A stretch of 63,734 nt of DNA, filler included, from Psammoneis japonica (Eukaryota): NCBI GenBank assembly GCA_008632985.1. It is 3 parts of 3 records of this genome, joined end to end, with 100 filler letters (N's around TTAATTAATTAA, not from the genome) between each part and the next. Parts side by side here need not be neighbours in the genome. Positions count along the whole stretch, not along the records: positions 1 to 22,367 come from QPGO01000437.1; 2 more parts are not named here. One strand, 5' to 3'. Below the pieces are notes generated by a model. It saw nothing but the letters and a program-made list of their open reading frames with translations. It was not told where the DNA came from and searched no databases. A program made the position numbers and the translations under genes. Shown piece by piece: positions 1 to 13,452 of the stretch. Positions within the stretch are counted from its first letter, which is position 1. Each line of letters begins with the position of its first letter.

Positions 1-2320
1 TGCAAAAAGCGGCGACTGTCTCGTTGGACGATGCGGAGGTCACAACTGTCATCAACGTTGCTGTCGTTTTTGCCTCACTGGCTTCAACAAACTGGATGAC
101 CCATGGATTGAATGTGAGTTTGTCCAAGGACTGGATCTCCACCAAGTGCAAACTAAGGCCAACGACGACAACAGATCAGACAAAGAAAGGAAGCACTGGT
201 TGGGCATCTTGCATTGCCTCAAGCAACACAACGCACCTGCCAGCTGTCTTTTTGAGGCAGACTTTGGCACACAACCACACGGCGTCACCCTTGCAACAGC
301 CAGCGACATGATGCATCTCCTTGAAAATGGCACCTTGAAAAGGGTGATCAACTCATTTGTAGACAGCATGACACATGTGGTCGCAAGTGAGGTGGACAGC
401 ATGGTGGAAAGGATTTTCAGCAATCACCGGTCAACTTGCAAAGAATCCTTTTTGCGAACAAACTTCAAAGGAGGAGCAACGTCGCTTGCCTTCCTCAACT
501 CTCACCACTGGGCTGGAATGGCTTTTGTTTTCTACCTTCTTCTGTTGACCAGCAAGGGACGAAACGCATGTGAGCCATGCTTCCTTGACGAGGACGCAGA
601 CGGACCCATTGTTCCAGAGAATCGCAAGACACCCAAAGTGAACTTTGAGAGTTGCTGCCAACCCAGTGAGTGCTTGGACTCTGACGATGAAAGGTCGGAG
701 GAGTCCAAAGAGGGTGACTGGGACGAAAATGAGGATGAGAAAGAGGAGAGTGAGGCTGAGGATGGTGACGACAACCAAAAAAAGAAAAAACACAAGGGAA
801 CAAGACTTGGCTGCAGTGTCCGGCAATTCATTCAATTGCTCGAGGACCTTCTTGTCTTCCGCGCATGGCACAGGCCAGGCCATCCACCCATCACAAGCGT
901 CACTCCCAGTTCATCTGTTCAGAAAACAAACAAGAAAATCCGTCTCCTCATTGACCGGACGGGATGGTGCAATTCATCCCGCGAACAGAAGGATGCGGAT
1001 GGAAGCTTCAAAAGCTTCATGAAACACTCCATCTCCTGGTGTTTCTTTGTTGTCACCAACATGCGATGAACTTTGACGCAGGGTTGGGGGAATGTCTCTT
1101 GAAAGACTTTTTCAAGCTGCCGTCATCTGCTGCACAACAACGCAACCTCGACAGTTTTCTCAAGCACGACGTGTGGAGGACCAAATGAGGCTCAACGCCA
1201 CAATTTCAGCTGATGGTCGGATTTTGTCAACTGGGAAAAAGGAATCATCAAGAGTCAGGACGGACAATCACATGGTGGGAGGAAGTGCGTTCACTCTCAC
1301 CTGCAGCCGAGGGATCGGCGCTGTGACGTTTGAGTGGAACAGCTTGCATGCTCATTGCCAAGTTCATCCTGTGTTGCCAAACTTCATGTCGGAAAAGTGG
1401 GAGGATTGTGTTGGTGAAGACAGTGAAAGTGCACACCTGACTTGCAAGACAGAGTTTTGCAATGCAAGCGGGAGGGACACATGCCGTGCACACCCCGATT
1501 GCAAAAGCAAAGGACCATGGCATGACTTTGCCTGTGTGACCTTCGGCACACGAAACGGCAATCAACAGTTTCCCTCCCGTTTGCTGTGTTTCTTCGAACA
1601 GGAAGACACAGGATCAATTTTTGCAGTGGTCCACCCAACTGCTCATCAAGCTGACCAGAGAACCATGAGGCAAGACGCGTTCCAGCCCCAGGTGGGAGCT
1701 CGCAGTGCTGACGTGTGACACAAATGATTTTTGTCATCCGTCGCATGTTTCACACGTACATTTCTGCGTGTCACATTTAAAAAAAAATGTCCAGACTTGC
1801 TGTTTTGCGAAGCCCCAGACGTTTTATGCAACAAATTCATAGAAACAATGATGCGCCAGTTGCATTCTTCAATGTCTGAAGAATGCAACTGGCTGAGCAA
1901 AAAATGATGTGCTTCAATCATGGGCGAGTTTGTGCGTTCGCAAAATTGCCTCATTTTCTGATGGCGATCATTGACATTTTAATTGCTGTGTGATTTTGCT
2001 GCGGTGCTCGCACGCAGAATTCTGCGGGCCCAATGTCACACGGATTCCCACCTGCATCTGGAACGCGTCACAACGGCATCAGCATGCAGACTTGGTCAGT
2101 CGCTGGCAGCTTGATCACAAATGAAACATTTGGCTTTCAACGCCTGAGAAGACTCTGCACTCACCCAAGTCACGTGTTGTCCCTGTTGAAGCAATTGGGG
2201 ACAATGTTTTGGTTTATGAAGAATGTCCAGGAGCAGTGGAAGCGCAAGAAAAGGCCCGATTTGTTTGGGCCACACAGGACAGAAGGAAGTGTTGGTCAGA
2301 TTTGTTTCTAAAATGGGACG
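1..2320 (+). pseudogene. Plavaka-like (CMC/CACTA-related) transposase, 3' part, frameshifted and MITE-interrupted
   Basis: Near-identical to 11117-13440. Motifs GWKLQKLHE, NFDAGLGECLLK and RAHPDCKSKGPWHDFA are split over frames. Confidence 0.75.
1674..2069 (+). mobile_element. ~395 bp MITE, GACGCG family, copy 1
   Basis: TIRs gacgcgttccagccccaggtggga / tcccacctgcatctggaacgcgtc. Flanks gcaa/acaa (4-bp TSD with one CpG-type change). Removing it restores the frame MRQRHQHADLVSRWQL. Confidence 0.92.
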
Positions 2321-2334
2321 CGTGTGTCAATCTG

Positions 2335-3395
2335 TCATTCACTCACAGTGATTTCCCAACTGTTTCTTGAAAACATGATGAGTTTGTTCTCTTCAGAATT
2401 GGCAAAGTCTTTGTGGTGCACGTGAAGCAGTGCGGCACGAGTGCCTTCCATTGCTTTCGTTCTGATGCTTTGTGCCAAAAACGAAATCCAATCCAATTCT
2501 TCCATTGCATCCTCCTCCAAAGGGACAATGACAAAATCACTGTGCCTCCCCTCACATGAGCAATCAGTCATGCGATCAAATGCGCAGGTTGCCTCACTGA
2601 CACACCCAACAAAACGCTTGATGTAATTACGACGAGTCGTTTCCTGCTTCATTTTTGGACATTGTCTCCGCAGTTTCCTGTCCTTTTCATCGTCCCAATG
2701 AAAAGGACAGGACCCTCGACCCAAGTCCCTCCTTTTCTTGATTGTTTCCAAGATCCAACCGTCAACCTTCCTCGGCGTTAATTCAAAGAACTCCAATTCG
2801 TCACACCACCACAACCTGCAAGGTGCGTCTCGCTCTGCTTGTCGCTCGAACAAATTCGCCAGCTTCCTTGCATCAAACACGACGCCCTTTCGGTCCACAA
2901 CCAGTTTGTGCACATCTCCTGAACCGTTGTCCAATGCGAGTGGTCTGCAATTCCCGCTGTTGTCCATTCCACATGTGGGCAAGCTGATGGTTGAATCCCT
3001 GCTCAATGAATCAACATCTTGCTTGTCAATCGCCAGACGAAACTCGCCCTCCCTTGACCCAGCTGCAAACTCATCAATCAGCTCATTGCTTGGTTTGTTT
3101 GACCAACCGTTTGCCGCATGCTGTTCTCCCTGCCTCTCCGGGTGCATTGCCAGCAAGTTCCAATGCTGGCGTGTTTTGTGAGCATTCCTCGCTCGCTCGA
3201 CAATCCAACTTGAACGCTCGTCCTTGTCGTGAATGGAGAACATGGCCTGTGCAGCGTGCATGTGTTCCCTCACTTCCCTGCTCCATTCATGCATGTTCTC
3301 ATGGACCCGGCTCATGATTTTGTATTTGGTTTCCGACAGTTCCTTCCATTTCTCCTTGATGGTCTGCTCATCTCTTTCCATGCAATGGAAGCCAT
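2335..3395 (-). pseudogene. Transposon accessory ORF of unknown function, internally deleted copy
   Basis: Same protein as 13453-14811 minus ~100 codons. Almost no Tyr. Tail-to-tail with the transposase. Confidence 0.55.
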
Positions 3396-4534
3396 GGTGC
3401 AAATGAAGGTGACTTGCACGGCTGTGGCACGATGACAGAGAGGCAACCGACAGGTCACGCGGCGCCATGGTTGCTGTTCCAACACCAAAAAATCTGGTTT
3501 CTGTAGAAATGCACCAGAGTGGTGTGTGGGAGAAGTTGCATGCGCGCCTGGTGCAATTTGGAGTTTTAAACACAAAAACCTGCCAGACGTGTGTGTGACT
3601 TCTCCCAGGGAAATCCCACGTGAGATCATGCCGGGAAAGGGCAATGTGGAGTGTAGAATTGATGGAAGAAAATGTTGTGCGGAACAGCATCAGGAGAAAG
3701 GGTGCATGTGCTGGAAAACAACATGGATTTCTACATGCGCGTTGAGGCACGTGAAAAACACGTGGGTGCCTTCAAGTGACGCATGCGAACAATCACAAAG
3801 AAACATTCGGAAATGGAGACAGCATGGAGAGAAGTCAGAAACATGGATCCAAAACAAGTGACACCCAACAGAAAAAACAACAACAACAACAACAAGAGAT
3901 GAAGGCGACGGTGACGGGATTGATGAAAAAGAAGGATTCGGGTGGAAAGACACTGGAGACGGTGAAAACAGGCGGCGCCAAGACAAGGAAGGAAGAGAAA
4001 AATGGGACGGGCAAAATGAAGAAAGAGAAAAAGAAGCCGATGACAACACGTCAAGAGGGGAGCAGCGATGCGATTCAGCATTTCGAGGGACCTCTTCCTC
4101 TCGATTGTGTTCACCCAAATGCAAGACATGCAGTGTGGCTTTTTTGGAACGGCCACGAGGAAACATCCAATGCGGCAGCGGCATGTTTGAAATTCTTGCA
4201 AGAGAGCAGACAAGACATGTGGAATGAAGAGGACGATGCGGACAACCAGGCTGATTGAAGCACAGTTGTTGATTGAACAATTGGTGCACACTTTGCATGA
4301 TGAAAATTGCGTTGCATGCAATTGCAATGTTTGGCTTGTCGTTAAAGATCGTCAGTTGTTGTGAAAAAGGCAGAGCATGAAAATTAAAAAGCGTCTGTGT
4401 TCAAACATGAAGAACAGCATGAGATCAATGATCGACCAAATGACAAAAACCGTTGTGTGCAGACAAGCAAATTTCGTGACATGGCAACACAATTTTGTCA
4501 TGCATGCAGACATTACGATGTCGTGCACTCTGAT

Positions 4535-5520
4535 GACGGAAATGTTGGAAAACACGAAAATGCGGAAATGCGGGAAAACATGAAAAGGCAGAAATGCAGA
4601 AAAATGCAAAAAGACAAAAATGTGGGAAAAGACGGAAATGTGGGAAAACACGAAAGACGGAAATGCGGAAAAATGCGAAAAGACGGAAATGCGGAAAAAC
4701 ACAAAAATGCGGGAAAACACGAAAATGCAGAAATGCAGGAAAACATGAAAACAACGCATTCCAGATGCGGGCGGGAATCCGTGTGACATGGGCCCATGGA
4801 ATTCTGCGTGCAAGCTCCGCAGCAAAATTGTCAAGTGATTGGTGCGTCAATGATCGCCAACAGAAAATGAGGCAATTTTGCGATCGCACAAACTCACCCA
4901 TGATTGATGCACATCATTTTTTGCTTGGCGTGGTGCATTCTTCAGACATTGAAGAATGTGCTGGGCACATTGATGTTCCCACAATTTTGTCAAACAAAGC
5001 ATCTGGGGTTTCGCAAAACGCGAGTCTGGGACAATTTTTTTGAAGATCACACGCAGAAATGTGCGCCTGAAACATGCGACGGATGACAAAAAACAATTTT
5101 CTCACACGTCAGCACTGCGAGCTCCCACCCAGGGCTGGAATGCGTCAAACACAGAAATGAGGGAAAACAGGAAAACATGGAAATGTGGGAAAACACGGAA
5201 ACACAGAAATGCAGGAAAACACGAAAATGCGGAAATGCAGGAAAACACAAAAACATGGAAATGTTGGAAAACATGAAAATGCGGAAATGCAGGAAAACAT
5301 GAAAAGACGGAAATGCGGAAAAATGCAAAAAGACAAAAATGTGGGAAAAGACGGAAATGCAGACAAATGCAAAAAGACGGAAATGTGGGAAAAGACGGAA
5401 ATGCGGGAAAACACAAAAATGCAGAAATGTGGGAAAACATGAAAACACAGAAATGTGGGAAAACATGAAAATGCGGAAACACGGGAAAACACACAAACAC
5501 GGAAATGTGGGAAAACATGA
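4535..5520. repeat. Degenerate purine-rich minisatellite (~9-bp subunits such as gaaaatgcg/gaaatgcgg/gaaaacacg), subterminal in the duplicated block
   Basis: Directly visible tandem variants, interrupted by MITE copy 2. Confidence 0.9.
4753..5146 (-). mobile_element. GACGCG-family MITE copy 2, opposite orientation to copy 1
   Basis: Ends aacgcattccagatgcgggcggga / tcccacccagggctggaatgcgtc. TSD aaac at 4749-4752 and 5147-5150. Confidence 0.9.
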
Positions 5521-5625
5521 AAACCCTCACAACACACACCGTCCACATGACCAAACCTTGGCTGCAACCATTTGCACAATCATTCTCGACAATCCTTTGC
5601 TGTTTCTTTCCACCAAAACACCAAA

Positions 5626-7499
5626 ATGGAAATGCCACAGTCCAAAAACAAGGCTGAAGAAGCAATTGCCTGTCCCTGTTGCCATCGCTCCTTCCACCAG
5701 CGCATGCTCGGTCACTTAAATCGCAATCCACAATGTCTCTCTGTCGCTCGCGAATTGTCAAACTTGGCGTCACAAGGTGCATCGGTGAAAGCTTCATGAA
5801 ACACTCCATCTCCCAGCGTTTCTTCGCCATTGCCGACATGCGATGAACTTTGATGCAGGGTTGGGGGAATGTCTCTTGAAAGATTTTTTCAAGCTGCCAT
5901 CATCTGCTGCACAACAACGCAACCTCGACAGTTTTCTTGAGCAAGTCGTGTCGCGCATGGAGGACCAAATGAGGCTCAACGCCGCAATTTCAGCTGATGG
6001 TTGGATTTTGCCAACTGGGAAAAAGGAATCATCAAGAGTCAGGACGGACAATCGCCTTTGTCTTTTGCCTTCTGTTGCTTGCAAAGGAGGGTTGCATGGT
6101 CTGCGCACCCTGCTTCAGCAAAGAAGACGCGGAGGAACCTTCACTTCCCTTGGGTGGTTGCATCCCAAAATTCAGAATGGATGGAATCTACACGCCTCAA
6201 GAGTGCAGCCCGGAGGATGATTGCCAGGCAGCAGTTGATCTAGATGACAGAGAAGACACAGCAGCCAACAAATGAGACGCTGACCGTTCTGTTGAAAACA
6301 ACAACAACAACTCAGACAATGAAGGAGAGGGCAAGTGCAAGAGAGCCAACAAAAAGAGAATCCCAGTTGGGTGCAGCGTTTGCCAGCATGTGAAGCTGCT
6401 TGAAGACATGCTTGCATTCCGTGCATGGCACAAGCTGGGTGACCCTCCTTCAGACAGAAACAACCTTCAAAAGATTGCAAAAAAAATTCGTTTGCTTGTC
6501 GCTCGTGTGGTCCATTTCTCCCCAAGGCACAAGGGTGCTGGTTGGAAGCTGCAAAAACTCCATGAATTGATCCATTTGCCCACTTTCCTGTTCTTCTGCC
6601 GTCATGCCATGAACTTCAATGCTGGTCCAGGCGAGCCCTTGTTGAAGGATTTTTTCAAATTGCCAGCCGTGATGGCTCAACAGCGCAGCTTTGATGTCTT
6701 CTTGGGCCAGGCTGCATCTCGCATGGAAGACCAAATGATGGTTCACTGAGCCATCTCCGCCAATCCATGGATTGCAAACAAGTTGGATTGCTAAATGCGT
6801 GCGGCGGGCGATGCGGCCAATCACCGTCTGGGTGGTTCCTCATGCGTGTTGAAGTGCAATGCTTCGAACAAGGCTGTTTGTTCCTGTGGAAGGGAAAACA
6901 AAAGCATTGTCAGGTGCACCCTGTTCTCCTCAAATTTGCAGGGAAAAAAGTGGAAGGAATGTGTTGGTGATGGAGAGAACCAGACAAAAAGCATTCTTTG
7001 CAAAACCGAGCATTGCAACAAAAACGGCATCGACACTCACCGCGCGCACCCGGACTGTGACAGTGAAGGCGCCATTCATGACTGGGCAAATGCAAATTTT
7101 GGAACTCATTGCGGTGATTTGTTCTTCCCTTCACGACTTCATTCTTTCTTTCAAAGATTGAGCGATGGTGAGTCATTTGCAGTTGTGCATCCTTGCACTT
7201 GCCAGGCAGACAAGCACACCATGGTGGAACGCATGCAACACACCGACCTTGTCAGTCAATGGCAATTGGATCAAGTCAAAAACCAAGAGTTGTCCACACG
7301 CAAAAAAGCCGTGCATGCTCCAAAACTGCACTTGGTTCCAATCGAGGCGGTCGGTGAAAAATTGCAGGTGTGCAAGGAACAGCCGGGAAATGCAGTCACA
7401 CGAGAAGACAAAGCATGTTTGGACAGTTCAAGACAGGAGAAAAACATGGGCGGCCAAGTTTCACAACAGCAGTTGATGGACATGATCGATGATTGGTGA
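5626..7499 (+). pseudogene. Mosaic of Plavaka-like transposase fragments: N-terminal Zn finger, a third copy of an internal segment, and the 3' half of a diverged paralogue
   Basis: CPCCHRSFHQRMLGHLNRNPQC. 5788-6052 matches 1011-1270. 6390-7440 carries GWKLQKLHELIH, NFNAGPGEPLLK and HRAHPDCDSEGAIHDWA. Confidence 0.7.
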
Positions 7500-7996
7500 C
7501 TGCAAACAGTGCTTTGCACTTCAAAACAGTGTCACAGCATGCCTTTGGAACATGTGCAGTTTCGGAAACAGATGAAAAAACCCTCATCACTCACCTGATT
7601 TGTGCAGTTGACAAGACCACAAGAATTGAAGGAGTCAGCTTCATTCGTCAATGTGCAGGTCCAGAAACCACAGGGGCCACGGGTCAAGGTGGGTCTGCCA
7701 ATTGGGCATGCTCATCAGAGTGCACAAAGTGTTAAAAATGTGCAGATTTGCATGATGAAAATTTGTCAAAACATTGCAAAAAATCATTGCGACACAATTA
7801 AAGGCCAACCTCTGGTTGCAAGTTTGGTGCACCAACTTGCAATGACTCATTGAGAACTGTGCATGCCATTTTTCACCATGTCCACATCACTGTTTCTGCC
7901 TCCACCTTGTTGCCACATGCCAATGCATGATTGCATTGCCACACAATCCTTGGTTTGTAAATTTTCGCAAGGATCATTTTAAACAAGAAAATCATT

Positions 7997-9420
7997 TCAT
8001 TGGTCAAGGCAATCCCTCGTCATGTCTGCAGTGCAATGACTGAGTGCCATGTTAACTGTGCGCACATTTTCTTGCTGCAACTCTCTCAAACCAAGCCAAT
8101 GATCATCATCGGACTCGTCTCCATCGGACTCGTCTCCTCCGTTGTCCGTTTTGCCTTTTGTCCCTTCCTCCTGCTCATCGTCATCACCATTGTCGTCCCT
8201 GCTGCTCTCCACCATTGGGCTGTTCATTGCCTTCACCTTCTCCACATCACCGGTCGGTGCTTCCTTCTTCTTCTTTTTTGCTTCTTTGGACTTTTTGCAC
8301 TTGCTTTTCTTGATCTCCGCATGCCTCTTTTCAAACTCCTTGCCCTCCTTGGAGTCTCTGTCTTTCATCACCTCTTTGCACAAATCGTTGAACAGATTGA
8401 ATCCCTCGTCTCCCCAAGACACTCGTTGTTTCTTTGGCTTCATGTGCCAAGGGGCAGGCCTTGTTTCTTCGGGCTCCATTTCCTCACCCAATTCTTCCAC
8501 CGCCTCCTCCTTGTTCCTGCGTGCCCACACCTGCCAACAACTCTTCATGGCTGACAGTGCCAAAGCTTCGTTGCTGACCACAAACAACTGTGAGACCTGT
8601 GCGTTCCCAGTTTTGACGGTCTTGCTCCATGCCTGCTTTTGCTTGGTTTGAGGTAGCATGTGATCACAGAACCACTTGCATGCCTGCTTGTTCCTTTTTT
8701 ACCGCCGGTGACAGTGTCTGGGCCAAACGGATCCCATGTCGGCACAAACGGGATGTCATTCTCTTCATTCTTGTCACGGCTTGATTTGTTCCTGCCTTGC
8801 TTTTTCCTCCTGACTGCCGCCTTGAGTTTCTTTTCTTTTTCCTTTCCCTCTTCCTCAGTGACAACGCCCATGTAGACAAAGCATCACCGCAATCTTCTTG
8901 TGAGATGCGCGCAACTCTGAATCACACACATTGGTCACTTGGCACGGGCCATTGCCTCCACCCCAACAGCCAAACACACCGTGTTTCTGCAATTGTCAAT
9001 TTGCCTTTTTGCCGCCTTTTTTGCCCATTCCTCCCAAGTTCCTGACCAATTTGAAGTGTCCATGTTGCCACCAGCAATCTGTTTCTTGACAAACATTGAG
9101 ACGCTCCCATTGCTTGCCAATTCTGATGGACTGAGAAACTTCACCTGTGGAAAGAGATCATTTCTAGCCACCTTCTCTGCTTCTGATTTCAATGCACCAT
9201 GCGCTGCCTGCGCACCTGCTCTCTTCAACACTGCCTGAAGTCTCGGGCTCATTTGCTCAACAGTCTCATTTTTCTTTCTCTTCTTTGCCGGTGGTGCTGG
9301 AGACCACATCTTGATCTTTTCACAGCAACAATGAGAGGAGTGGTGCTGTTCGACAGTGCAACCGTCGTTTGGGTCGTGTTGAGACAGCCAGGCACTCCAT
9401 TTTTCTCTGTGACATTGCAT
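7997..9420 (-). pseudogene. Transposon accessory protein (basic, NLS-like N-terminus, acidic tail), frameshifted
   Basis: PPAKKRKK, LFPQVKF, VSNEALAL..W..W and SWGDEGFNLFNDL resemble ORFs that accompany Plavaka/CMC-like transposases (from recall). TA-depleted. Divergent from the 9756 transposase. Confidence 0.55.
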
Positions 9421-9755
9421 GAATTGTTGTCAGCAATGTTGAAATTTGAAAATGTGTTTGTGTGTAACAACGAATGGCCCAACTTGCTTTTCATGTGGCT
9501 GTCATTGCGTTTCAACGGAGACGACATTTCGCATTTTGACAGCAAATAAAAAGTGCAACATTCATTGTGAATGCCAGATAAAAAATCAAAATGCAGACAT
9601 GTCACACCCACAAGAATCATCCAAATCTGGAAGACAATGTAATGTTTGCCAATTTCTCACCATTTTTTTGCGTGTTGTTCTTCTTTTCCCTTCTCATCCA
9701 CAAGACAAGGATGACGAGCATGAGTCTTGATGAAGGCCCTGTCAATGTTGTCTGA

Positions 9756-12700
9756 TTGACAATGGACAGAAACTTTCTTCTCTGTCCCAGTTGTGGCCAA
9801 AGTTTTTTGCGAATGGCCTGCCATTGGAGATGCTCACCGACGTGTTGCTCAGTTGCCCAAGAGTTGCAAACCCAAGATCTGGTCCCAGATCAAAGCGACA
9901 TTCCTGCCACAATTGAGGGGCCACCCGAAGAAAGCGGCAGTTCTTCCTCTTCGTCCTCTGATGATGACGAATCCCATCTGAGGCGATCTGCTTGCAGCCG
10001 ATTCCCAAGATCTTCAACGAGTGATCCGAGCAGCAGCCCCTTGTTCCCCTCCCAGGATGACGCACCGTACGGAATGGACGACATGTCCTCCATTTCATCA
10101 AACCACAGCATGCATGGAGTTGAGCTTTTGGCAATGAATGATTTGGATGTTGGCGGTGGTCAATCCTTTGCTGCAGTGTTGGACGTGACAATGGAGGAGG
10201 AAGAGGACACCCACGATGAGGATCAACGTTTGGGGACCAGGTGTGACACTCCTGCAGAAGAGGCCTTGGCTTCTGCTCCCTCTTTGACAAATCTTAACGG
10301 AGCTTGTGCAGAGTTGTGCAAGAAGATCATGGACACACATGGTGCTCCCCTGGAATTGTGCGATTGCATTGTTGATTTCATTGAGAGGCACACTGGCAAC
10401 AGCAACATCAAGCTTGGTGCAGTTCTGCCAAGGAGAAAAAAGTTGATGCGCACCTCAACTAATCATTTCCCTCTTCCACCCAGCGAGTCTATTCCTGTCA
10501 CTCTAGAAACCAAAAATTTCAAAGCCAGTTTGCCAAAACGAGTGTCAGTGCCAAGATGGGATTTCACAAAGGTTTGGGAACAGCTTTCGCTCGATCCTCA
10601 CCTGTGGTGCAGCCGAGAGAACATGGCCGATCCAGACAATCCTTTTGGGAAGTGCAAAGCGAAGGGACCGGATGACAAGTGCCTTTTGGCGGGTGAGTGG
10701 CACAGGCGTAGTTACGAAGAACGGATGACTGACCCAGAGAAACAATTTCTCGAGTGCAATGTCATTTACCTCGACAAGACTGGTGGGACACAAGGGATGG
10801 GATCACACTGCGGAGAACCAGTGATCATGACCTCTGCGCATGTTGCCTTCAACAAATGGTCGGACAAGAGTGTCTGGAAACCACTTGGTTGTCTCCCGGA
10901 TTTGGAAAAGATGTCGTCATCTGCGGCAAAGAACATCTCAAACAATCGCAAGGCGGAGAAGGGACGCTCGTCAAGAGACCACCACACTTGCTTGCATGTC
11001 ATTTTGGAGCCACTTTTGGAAGTCATGAGAAAAGGAGGCATGAAAACATGCGTGCGACGAGGGGATGAGATGCGATGCCCACACGCAACCCCGCTGATCA
11101 TTCTGATCATGGGAGATGCAAAAAGCGGCGACTGTCTCGTTGGACGATGCGGAGGTCACAACTGTCATCAACGTTGCTGTCGTTTTTGCCTCACTGGCTT
11201 CAACAAACTGGACGACCCATGGATTGAATGCGAGTTTGTCCGAGGACTGGATCTCCACCAAGTGCAAACTAAGGCCAACGACGACAACAGATCAGACAAA
11301 GAAAGGAAGCACTGGTTGGGCATCTTGCATTGCCTCAAGCAACACAACGCACCTGCCAACTGTCTTTTTGAGGCAGACTTTGGCACACAACCACACGGCG
11401 TCACCCTTGCAACAGCCAGCAACATGATGCATCTCCTTGAAAATGGCACCTTGAAAAGGGTGATCAACTCATTTGTAGACAGCATGACACCTGTGGTCGC
11501 AAGTGAGGTGGACAGCATGGTGGAAAGGATTTTCAGCAATCACCGGTCAACTTGCAAAGAATCCTTTTTGCGAACAAACTTCAAAGGAGGAGCAACGTCG
11601 CTTGCCTTCCTCAACTCTCACCACTGGGCTGGAATGGCTTTTGTTTTCTACCTTCTTCTGTTGACCAGCAAGGGACGAAATGCATGTGAGTCATGCTTCC
11701 TTGACGAGGACGCAGACAAACCCATTGTTCCAGAGAATCGCAAGACACCCAAAGTTGACTTTGAGAGTTGCTGCCAACCCAGTGAGTGCTTGGACTCTGA
11801 CGATGAAAGGTCGGAGGAGTCCAAAGAGGGTGACTGGGACGAAAATGAGGATGAGAAAGAGGAGAGTGAGGCTGAGGATGGTGACGACAACCAAAAAAAG
11901 AAAAAACACAAGGGAAAAAGACTTGGCTGCAGTGTCCGGCAATTCATTCAATTGCTCGAGGACCTTCTTGTCTTCCGCGCATGGCACAGGCCAGGCGATC
12001 CACCCATCACAAGCGTCACTCCCAGTTCATCTGTTTAGAAAACAAACAAGAAAATCCATCTCCTCATTGACCGGACGGGATGGTGCAATTCGTCCCGCGA
12101 ACAGAAGGATGCGGGTGGAAGCTTCAAAAGCTTCATGAAACACTCCATCTCCTGGTGTTTCTTTGTTGTCACCAACATGCGATGAACTTTGACGCAGGGT
12201 TAGGGGAATGTCTCTTGAAAGACTTTTTCAAGCTGCCATCATCTGCCGCACAACAACGCAACCTCGACAGTTTTCTCAAGCATGACGTGTGGAGGACCAA
12301 ATGAGGCTCAACGCCACAATTTCAGCTGATGGTTGGATTTTGCCAACTGGGAAAAAGGAATCATCAAGAGTCAGGATGGACAATCACATGGTGGGAGGAA
12401 GTGCGTTCACTCTCACCTGCAGCCGAGGGATTGGTGCTGTGACGTTTGAGTGGAACAGCTTGCATGCTCGTTGCCAAGTTCATCCTGTGTTGCCAAACTT
12501 CATGTCGGAAAAGTGGGAGGATTGTGTTGGTGAAGACAGTGAAAGTGCACACCTGACTTGCAAGACAGAGTTTTGCAATGCAAGCGGGAGGGACACATGC
12601 CGTGCGCACCCCGATTGCAAAAGCGAAGGACCATGGCATGACTTTGCCTGTGTGACCTTCGGCACACGAAACGGCAATCAACAGTTTCCCTCCCGTTTGC

Positions 12701-13440
12701 TGTGTTTCTTCGAACAGGAAGACACAAGATCAATTTTTGCAGTGGTCCACCCAACTGCTCATCAAGCTGACCAGAGAACCATGAGGCAAGACGCGTTCCA
12801 GCCCCAGGTGGGAGCTCGCAGTGCTGACGTGTGACACAAATGATTTTTGTCATCCGTCGCATGTTTCGCACGCACATTTCTGCGTGTCACATTTAAAAAA
12901 AAAATGTCCAGACTTGCTGTTTTGCGAAGCCCCAGACGTTTTATGCAACAAATTTATAGAAACAATGATGCGCCAGCTGCATTTTTCAATGTCTGAAGAA
13001 TGCAACTGGCTGAGTAAAAAATGATGTGCTTCAATCATGGGCGAGTTTGTGCGTTCGCAAAATTGCCTCATTTTCTGTTTGGCGATCATTGACATTTTAA
13101 TTGCCGTGTGATTTTGCTGTGGTGCTCGCACGCAGAATTCTACGGGCCCAATGTCACACGGATTCCCACCTGCGTCTGGAACGCGTCGCAACGGCATCAG
13201 CATGCAGACTTGGTCAGTCGCTGGCAGCTTGATCACAAATGAAACAACTGGCTTTCAACACCTGAGAAGACTCTGCACTCACCCAAGTCACGTGTTGTCC
13301 CTGTCGAAGCAATTGGGGACAATGTTTTGGTTTATGAAGAATGTCCAGGAGCAGTGGAAGCGCAAGAAAAGGCCCGATTTGTTTGGGCCACACAGGACAG
13401 AAGGAAGTGTTGGTCAGATTTGTTTCTAAAATGGGACGCG
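9756..13440 (+). pseudogene. Plavaka-like transposase, near full length, inactivated
   Basis: 760-aa ORF with N-terminal CxxC..H..C, IYLDKT, EPVIMT, WKPLGCLPDL, RDHHTCLHVILEPL, IMGDAKSGDCLVGR and CRFC. Then a stop, frameshifts and a MITE. Confidence 0.8.
12790..13187 (+). mobile_element. GACGCG-family MITE copy 3
   Basis: TIRs as copy 1. Perfect TSD gcaa at 12786-12789 and 13188-13191. Confidence 0.93.
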
Positions 13441-13452
13441 TGTGTCAATCTG

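Larger units (their letters stand above)
1..5539 (+). repeat. Copy A of a >=5.5 kb direct repeat (composite dead Plavaka-like transposon block), truncated by the window start
   Basis: Base 1 (tgcaaaaagcggcgactg) aligns to 11117. Colinear to the shared end ccctcacaacacacac at 5539/16939, after which the flanks differ. Copy A lacks ~300 bp present at ~14500-14800. Confidence 0.95.

Noticed and set aside
4352..5839. Phe/Cys-rich and Lys-rich ORFs over the minisatellite (also 15769-16953 and 41250-41790)
   Set aside because: Translations of tandem repeats.
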